Positions 50,337 through 64,000 of a DNA stretch of 64,000 nucleotides are shown piece by piece. Location of the stretch: NCBI GenBank assembly GCA_964035545.1, contig OZ037767.1:24754628-24818627 (forward strand). The letters are read 5' to 3'. How positions within the stretch are numbered: the first letter of the stretch is position 1; each line of letters starts with the position of its first letter. The position numbers and the translations under genes are program-made. The notes beneath the pieces are model-generated. The model made no database searches and was not told where the DNA came from. It worked only from the letters and a program-made list of their open reading frames with translations. Source of the DNA: Bugula neritina (taxonomy: Eukaryota > Animalia > Bryozoa).

Positions 50337-53300
50337 GTATGTCAGGAATGCTGGTTACACAATCTCTCAGATGACAAGCTATTGTTCCAGTTTTTGTAGT
50401 TTTGTTTTATTGCCAATTATTATTACTTTAACAAAAAATATATATTTGTGATATTAGTTCCAGATTGAAGCTCACACAGTAGAAATTATTTCACTGTATA
50501 AATTAAGAATTCCTTCATTCTCAAGTAGCTTTTTTCTCAGGTTTTGTCATTGTATGTAAAAAGTATGAACATATTTGCAAAGGAACAGAATATTTTAGCT
50601 TTTGTTGATCAATTACAATTTCGTTTGCTTTAGAGTATTAATTCCCTTTTAAATTGAATAATATTACATACTGCTTTTAATTTCTATTTGTGTAAAAGTA
50701 TAAAAGGTTTAGCTTGTTCAAATTTTCATATTTTTAGAGTTTTGAAACAAGCAGTTACGGGGCAATTATAAGTTTTATTCAAAATTTAAAAGCATTTTTT
50801 CCAATCAGCATGCATGTTTTAACCAATTTTCTTCTCATTAAATGTAGGTGAAATATTACTCAACACCAAAAATGTTCAAACTTGAAAGTGAATGTACCAA
50901 GAATCAAAATTTTCTTCTTACAAACCTGTGACCTTGAGCAAAAAGCACTACGTAGGTTTTTTCATCTAGTAATTTAAGTGTTTACACCTACAGCAGTAGT
51001 TGTATCCTGTTAGATTAGTTAGGTAGCTGTGCAAGTTCCCCCACCTACAACACTAATAAGATATGCAAAATTTAATGTGACAGTCACTATAATAGCTACA
51101 AAGTTTTTTTCAAATCTGTGCGACAAAATGTTATGAAATTTTTGCTACTGTCTTTGCCAATGTCCGTTGTGGTTTTGTAATGAGAGCAGTTTGTTTAACA
51201 AAATGTCAAATGATTCATTTGATAATAATCATCAATCTTCTACAATATTGACAGCAAACCTTTTCTAAGAATATCATGTGCTTTCATTATGAGACGAAAA
51301 ATACCACCCACATTTTACAGCTCTTGAAACATGACCTTTGCTGAACTATTTAGTTTCTCAATATAAATGTTTTTTCTTCACTTATTAATATGTGATATCA
51401 GCTTGTGAAACTGCCTTTAAATATAGTAGATAATATATCATATATTTTACAACACTTTATGCTCTTGGTATGACTGAAACTATTTTACGGTAAAAAAGCT
51501 ATAATTACGTTGCTTAATTTTGAGTTTCTATAATTAATAAAAGTAAATAAAAGTAAAACCTTAGCACAACTAATATGAAATTTACATTATTAAAAAAACT
51601 AATCTACTTTTTTTATTTAAAAGAGCACAAAATTGATGTCTTTGCAGCATATTTATTGTAAGGAAGTTATGTATCATGTTAGCACGTTTCTTTTAGACCT
51701 TACGACAACTTTACTACCCACTCATCTAGGGTAGGGGTCTAATCTAGAAGCACTGGTCAATGACTCTGTTAATTACATACTGGCAGACAGACCTTTCAGT
51801 TGTCTGCTGTATTTTCTAGCAGAAAGGTTTATGATTTTTAGAGTCATAAATATTATTACCAGGGCAGTGCTTATCAGAAAAAATTAATAATTTCTTTTAA
51901 TAATTACAATTCTATAATTTATTACTAGCAATTATGCAATGTATATTTTAGTATATATATTAAACTACAGTAGTAGAAAAATAGTTTCAGCGATAAAAAT
52001 AACATTTAATTTTATCTACAATATAGACCTCGTTTTTTGCTTGCAATATTGTAACACAACACAATCTATAAATCATTGGCTGCTGTAATTATTGACTTCC
52101 ATTGCTGACTATCAAATCACAGTGTCTGCTAACACCACTTACTGCTACCATGTGTTATAGTAATATACACAGTCATAGTGTATGCATATATTATATACTA
52201 AGCATGCAATTATAATATAGCGCATGTTATATGATTAGACTTAATCAGCATAATATGTGTGTACCTAATATATTATAATAATTTGTAGGCTTAGATAAAG
52301 TCTTAGTCTGGGCTCAGAATGTTTTTAAGCAGTTTAATACAAAAACATAAGTTTAGCTATATTGGTTTTTGAGTATTCCGCAACTATGTGTGGTGAAGAT
52401 AGCCTAAATGTCGAAAGAGAAAATACTGTAGCTGGTTGCAAACCAATACTATTAGGTTATTATTATTAGGTCACCTTAATGTGAATAATAACTAGGTCAC
52501 TGTAAATAATAATTAGGACATTGTAAATAATAGTTAGATCACTCGCTATAAGTCATATTTGAGTCACTATAAATTATAACTAGGGCACTACAAACAGTAT
52601 ATTTAGGACCACAACTATTACCTAATTCACATGTAACTGACTCAAATTTATTCTTTATGTAATTTCTGCTTGATACATAATATAATATATCAACTGATAG
52701 GTGCAGCACTACTTCATAATGCAGAACTAATATGTCTAGTGAAGTTCCATGTAAGTGTCGCAGAGCAAGGGGGAAAGAACAGGGGGTAGAAGCTGGCTAA
52801 AAATAGAACCAAAAATAAAACTATAATAATTTTTGGTATGGAGCTAAATTGAAAACGTGCTTAGAATCCAAAGTTATTATTGAAATGCTTTTTCTTTGAG
52901 CATAAAACATCTAGCTTAGACCCTGCCAAAATTTATGTAACTTTTGAATCAGATATTCTAAAAAGCTAAAATAAACTAAAAACTCAAAACCTTATATAAA
53001 ATGACTGGCATCTGCTCATATTAGTATACTACATCTTCATTCACCTTGTCTAATCATTCTTTGAGACTACAGAAGCAGTTATTTATATGCTCTATTCACA
53101 ACTACCTTTAACATGTTGGCTGACGTACTCTTCCACTTATAAACAATATATGTCTGTCTCATAACTTTTTCTAGACTGAGACTTAATTTGTACCTTATTC
53201 TAAACATTTTAAGAACCTATAAAACTCTTGGTTTATTGTTACTTGCTACTACTTCACATTAATTATTGGTAATATACCGTAAACTAATGATGAACATGGT

Positions 53301-54820
53301 TAAGCTATTGATAACATATAGGCATAAATAACTACCCCACATAATTCCATATTTAGAAATTTACATGATCTTATATTCAACTATAATATTATGCTTTTTA
53401 AGCTAAAAAACTTATGCTTTGTGAACTAGGAAAAACTGTTGTACTAAGTGGGTTGCACTTGGTAATGCAAGGCCTATTTACAACCTGGTACAACTTGCTA
53501 GTATTTTTTCAATCCAAGTACTCTAGTAACCTAAATAGTTTTGGTTAGTTGAGATCACCTATTCTTAGCTCACTCGAGTTGCACATTGTTGTTAACAAAC
53601 ATTATCTCTTTCGTGATCTTCATATTCCTACGAGTAGAAGATTGAGATATCGTAGCACCTGGCAAAATAGCCGGGTTCTTGAATGAAACTCCTCGAACTA
53701 CTTTTCTTAGAGCAAATGTTGTAAGCAGCTTTCTTGTCATTTATGTAACACCTACAAGCAAAATTTGATTTTAAAAAGGCTCTAGTTGTATCAAAATATT
53801 TAACAAGTGTTAAATAATGGTACTTTGATTTGTTATAGCATTTCGTTTCCTTTACAAAAGTGTTTCCAAAGATTTAAATTTGCTTTGTATTCATTTTGTA
53901 GTTACGATAATTACATGATATTATATCTCTCAGTGAAAGTTTCTATACAACGCATTTTATTGTATTAACCAGGCGTAAATCAAAGTTGAGTGGTTGTATT
54001 GAATCAATTTAGTATTATACACTATCTGAAGGGTTTTCCTATTTAGCCAAAGGCTAATTGTTTGTTTCTTTAATATGATATCATTGTGATCGAGTGTAAA
54101 GCGTAGCTTTGCTTTCAAACTTTTTAATAGTATAAACAGACAGTGAATAGCGCAACTTGGGTGGCATCGCAAATTATGAGTCGAATTAACTTCATTATAT
54201 GCTCAAGTGAAATTATCGTAAACACATCTTGTTTCACGAAGCCGCCACGTTGACAACTTCGAGGAATCTTCATATACGGATATTGAAGAACGGATCGGCT
54301 TGAAAATAGGCGCAGACGGAGCGGTTTGCTCAGCATATTTTTCAATCGTGGTAGTGATTGGACACTAGATAGCGAGAAGTGAAAAAGATAGAATGGGGAA
54401 TATTATATAAAGTTCAATACATCTGGAGCACCTGTGGCTGCTTACACAACAATGAAGTTTGTTAGTTTTTAGTCTCAAAGCAGGGAAAGGTTGGTTTTGG
54501 TGTTGAATGGTAATTCTATCCTTTTTAACTATTGTTACATTTGTACACAGTATTTGTACAACACTTTTGATTTTAATGAAGCACATGTCTAATATCTCAG
54601 CCTCCCATTCTGTCATGCTTTATTTTGAAATAAACATAGTGTATGTTTTCTAGACCAGGTGTTGTGGCTTCAGAAACTGAAGTCAAGTTCAAAATATATA
54701 TTTGAGTCAATTCTAATTTATCTAAATGAATATGCAGCTGCTATCTTTAATTTAGTTTAGTTAATATTCTACATTTTAACACCTACCTTATCAGAGCTTC
54801 TACTAGTAGGCTACTGCAAA

Positions 54821-54880
54821 ATGGGATGGTTCAAAAGAGATAATAAATTGAGTGCTAAGATACTTTGTAACTCAATCATG
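54821..54880 (+). CDS. Candidate proximal alternative first coding exon of sim
   Basis: CAAA-ATG, 20 open codons (MGWFKRDNKLSAKILCNSIM), consensus donor ATG|GTAAGT, phase 0, in frame with the bHLH exon. Confidence 0.45.
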
Positions 54881-57800
54881 GTAAGTGGATTCCTTGAGTT
54901 ACTGGTGACTTGATAATCATTAAAACGTTTGGCAAATACTTATTTTAATTAATAGAAATATGCATAACAAAGCATGCCAATTAGGAGTATAAAACTGTAA
55001 TTACCTTTTATCATTTATTAACTAACATCTGTTCTTTAGCTTTTATTTTAGGATTTTTTACATACAGCTTTAATAGAATTAAATAGAGAATAATTTTTGT
55101 TAAAAAATATGTTGCCTATCTGGACGTGAAATTATTAGCATTGCACAACAATTGGTAACGGTGTTGCCGTGACAACAGCATTTACTATACGAAGTTTGAG
55201 TTAAAGTCCTCCAGTCATAGTTGCAGGTATTTTGGAAGGATCTAGGCACGTTTGATTAATGATATGTAACATAAAGAATGACATGCAAACATTTAGCACA
55301 AGTAGCTGTGTATACGTGTAGATAAAACTCAATCAAGATTTTTCATCCTAAACATAGATTATATGCTATTAGATTATTTCTTCTCAATCCACAATCTTAG
55401 TGACATAATCAGATGATTAATTACATTTAATAGTGTATCTAATTGTATTCAATAGCTTTATATGATATGTATCAAATAGATACCAGTATTTGCTATCTAC
55501 TATGTCAATGAAAGAATTTTATGGGCTAATATTTATTGATGCCAAGATTTTACACGACAGCATAAATGCAAAAATATTTTTTTTCATAACATTGAATAAA
55601 GGTTTGGGGTTGACCAAGATTATTAATATTATTTCAAGCTTAAGTATTATTTATAATAGTTTAAAGAGGAATTTTAATTATACTTTTTATGAATATAATT
55701 TTTCTCGTTACATACTCAGTTGAATGCGCTTGCTATTTTTTGGCTAATGTCTGAAATAATTGACGAGATTGTCATTGAGAGTGTTTGATTCATAAGAATT
55801 TAGTTGTCCAGTATCTAGCACACAGGAAAGTGTTGTAATACAGGCTGAATTACACTGTCTCTAAATATATGGCTTCAGGCTCACTTGTTAAAGTAGAACT
55901 GCAGGTATTGAAAATAACTGCTGTAGGCTAATCATTGGCCCTTGATTTAAAAGTTCTATTTGGGAAGACAGGCTGCTGTGACAGATTAATATGATACATC
56001 CAGTCAATGGGGAGCAAGTCTGGTAGAGGGAGGTAGAGAAATGATTTTTTGATGATTCTATAAAAAAACACAACTAAATTCTTTCAATCTGTCAAAGAGT
56101 TGAAGTTGAAAATAATGCTACTTTCAAACAAGTTTTATGAAGTCAAAAAATGCTCTACCACACTTATTATTTAACACTTAAAACTCAAATATTTGTTTAA
56201 GTTCTTGAAAAAGGCATTTTGAAATCTTTTTTTATGAATTCACATTAACTACTTTATTGTTTTTTGTTACGCAAGTTATCTACTTTATATTCTGGAATAG
56301 TTAGTAGGGCTTCAGGGTGTAGCACATATGCTATTACAACCCATACACACAAATTGTCCTGAGGGAACAATCACTTTTTCAAGTGATATAAAGTTCTAAG
56401 GACTAATACTGGTAGATAATATTGTAAAGGATATGAGCTGTCTATATATACACTCTATCTAGATGCTGATAGCTCTCTGCATGCATCCATACAATCTTCT
56501 CACTCCAATACAAATTCTATGCTTTTATGCCCGCAGGGAAAATGATCAACAATAGTGCATAAATAGCCCCAAGCATTGCTAAGCCTCTGGAATAATTGGT
56601 ATGTGTGTTGAGCCATGGCAATTACACTCGCTGTATGTTCATCAATTATTATTGGTGTTGAAATTTTTAGACCCTGCATTTCAATAAATTGCATAGATCT
56701 ATTAATGTAGTTACAGCTATAATAGCCTGCAAGCGTGGACTTCAATTATTAATTATATTCTTGTACATCAATATAGCTTCTGCTCCACGGGTCTGCACAG
56801 TATAAATGGTAGTCATGTCATATTATTCATAGGTAAACAGTGTATCATTTTTTTTTCTATTTTGCTGGCACTCAAAAATTGACAGTTGTAGAATAAAGCC
56901 ATTATATGAGTGAGGTTTCAGTCACTGTTGTTAACATAATACAAGGTACTATGTCAGATTAAGCTTTTTACTTTTATTAAATGAATTAGGATGAAAAAAA
57001 CTGCTAACCAGTACCATAAAAGAAAAGTATTTTCATGATATATTGCATAAAGTCATTATATTTGTAACAAAAATGACTACATTATAATATCTGTACAGTT
57101 CAGCTACTCTGTAAAGTTTGCTTCCAACTTTAGAATAAAAGCTGTGTGAAAAAATGTTGTGCAGCCGTTCAGTTTCCTAGACAAACATGTTAAGTATTCA
57201 TCTCCTCACGAACTTCTATCAATACATCTGCAACTTAGCAAACACAGAACCTTCTCACTCTAGCATTTGTAATTTGCTTTACATTTCCTATTATAGTTAT
57301 ATAATTAGTGCTTTCAATGAAGGTAATACATAATTAATAGTAAGACTACTTTTCTACTCCAAATACACCACTTATTCCTAACAAAGCATTTTTTACCTTT
57401 CTGTTTACAACAACAATAGAAGATTAGCTATAAACACTAAACATCTATGACATCATTGGACAAGATATGCATATAGTGTATCATTCGGGTAATAATATCC
57501 GATGTTTAGGTCTGGCAGCACTCCAAGTGTCAAAACTTTAACTGCTCACAGACATAGCACCTTGATAACACCTGGCTTTACCTTTCATGTCATGCTATGT
57601 GTAATATTTATTAATAAACTCCTAAAATTATTATAAGTTTATTTACTTCCGCATTTTTTAAATTATTATAAACTCACGTCAGCTTAAAGAAATTTTTATT
57701 TCTCAGCGTATAAGAGATGACAGATAATAGATTGAATATTAATTTTGCTCTCTTATCGCAGCAGCAAGATATATAAGCCTTTATTCTTAACTAGAGATGT

Positions 57801-58200
57801 TCCTTAGATTAAAACATGAACTAAATGATTACGAACATAGAATATTTAGCTTGAATTGTAACAATTATGTAAGAACAGGTGCTGCAATTTCATCTTCTAT
57901 TGCTCGTATTCAGTTATAATAGTAGAACGATATTCAATTATCAACATGTGTCTACTTTAACTGTAAATCATAGAAAGTGAAGATCACTAAACAGTTACAT
58001 ACAATTTTAGCTAAATTGGCTACAAACTGCAATTTAAATTTACATAGTAATAGTATTACCAGTTTATGAAGATGACTTGCAGCAAGGGACATAACTTCTT
58101 ATCATTATCATACTTTAAAAACTATTCAATTTTTACCCCTTAGTTTTTAAAACTGTTTTTATTTTTATTCTATTAAACTTGAAACTAAATTTTGCAGATT

Positions 58201-63130
<4,930 letters not shown>

Positions 63131-64000
63131 TAATGAACTAGACATGACCATTTTGAAGTTAAAATAATTTAAAAGTCAATTTATTCATCTTTTGTGAAGA
63201 AAATAATTTTAGCTGTGACTACTATTTACTATAGCATACTTTCTTTATAAAATAAATGCTGTTGAGTAAGGGTGATTGAGACCCCTATTCAATACATAAC
63301 TGTATTAAGGTGCTCAGTTCTCAGTCTTTCTTGGTCACAGCTTGTTTTAAATGTTGCACAGAAAGTTCTAAAATTAATGCTAAAGTATAGTACAAAGTGC
63401 CTTTTTATCTAGAGATAGGTTAAAAGTTTGTTTTGTTTTTATGAAGATGAGCTGTTGAATTATTGGCAGCAATAAACGAGTTAGCTACAGGTGCCCGTTA
63501 TATCTATTTGAACATTATAGCGCATGACAGTAGCTGTTAATAGATGTGTAGTGAAACTATGCATCGTCGAATCAATGATCTCAAATGTACAGTTTGCTGA
63601 GCGTGACAGTGTGACTAGATGGATGTAGTAGCTGAGACCAACACAATGACTGACACATTGCAGATTGATTCATAGTTTAATTATGTTAATTGTTTGTGTA
63701 CAAGAGCTGGTTTGACTATACAGGGGCTTTAACACTAGTCTAACATTCAAAAGTCTTAAAGCATTATATCTAAAGTTAAGTAAATGCATGAAGATCCAGG
63801 AAAGTGAACAACTCCTTAACTAAATCATGCGTTCATCCAGTTAAAGATCAAAGTTACTAAAGTGTATAAACTATTGTCATATACTGTTTAACTGCTGTGG
63901 TTTAAGCTCTTTATTTAGCTACAGTTAAGAAATATAAAAACTTGAAAATTAATGTGCATTTATAAAAAACGTACCTAATATTTTGCCAGCATTTAAAGCT

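Noticed and set aside
53560-54340. CpG-richer segment (also 48790-48970 and 59710-60130) as MITEs or small genes
   Set aside because: No convincing TIR/TSD pair or protein motif was found by eye. These may be old repeats or regulatory DNA, but I cannot support a call.

Overview
AT-rich, intron-rich animal genomic DNA, probably from an invertebrate (the species cannot be determined from the sequence). Three host genes were reconstructed by hand from GT-AG junctions. (1) XRN1 5'-3' exoribonuclease, minus strand, 27 exons from ATG 13896, probably continuing past the window start. (2) LEKR1-like coiled-coil gene, plus strand, 14 exons, 34010-42425. (3) The 5' part of a single-minded (sim) bHLH-PAS gene, plus strand, from 58201 and running off the end, with two candidate alternative in-frame first exons. 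Between the divergent XRN1 and LEKR1 genes lies the main find: a 17,230-bp Mutator-like (MULE) DNA transposon (16060-33289) with a perfect 9-bp TSD (GTATGAGTA) and ~270-bp TIRs. It carries an intact gene of at least 10 exons whose product (~1270 aa) fuses a vertnin-type OTU protease domain with an intact catalytic triad to a DDE MULE transposase and SWIM finger. It also carries a probable decayed head-to-head paralogue of that gene and a ~2.3-kb internal palindrome built from TIR-derived motifs spaced at alternating ~180 and ~210-230 bp. Smaller features are three copies of a tRNA-derived SINE, a LINE 3' fragment, and intronic minisatellites in XRN1, one of which multiplies a 3' splice site.
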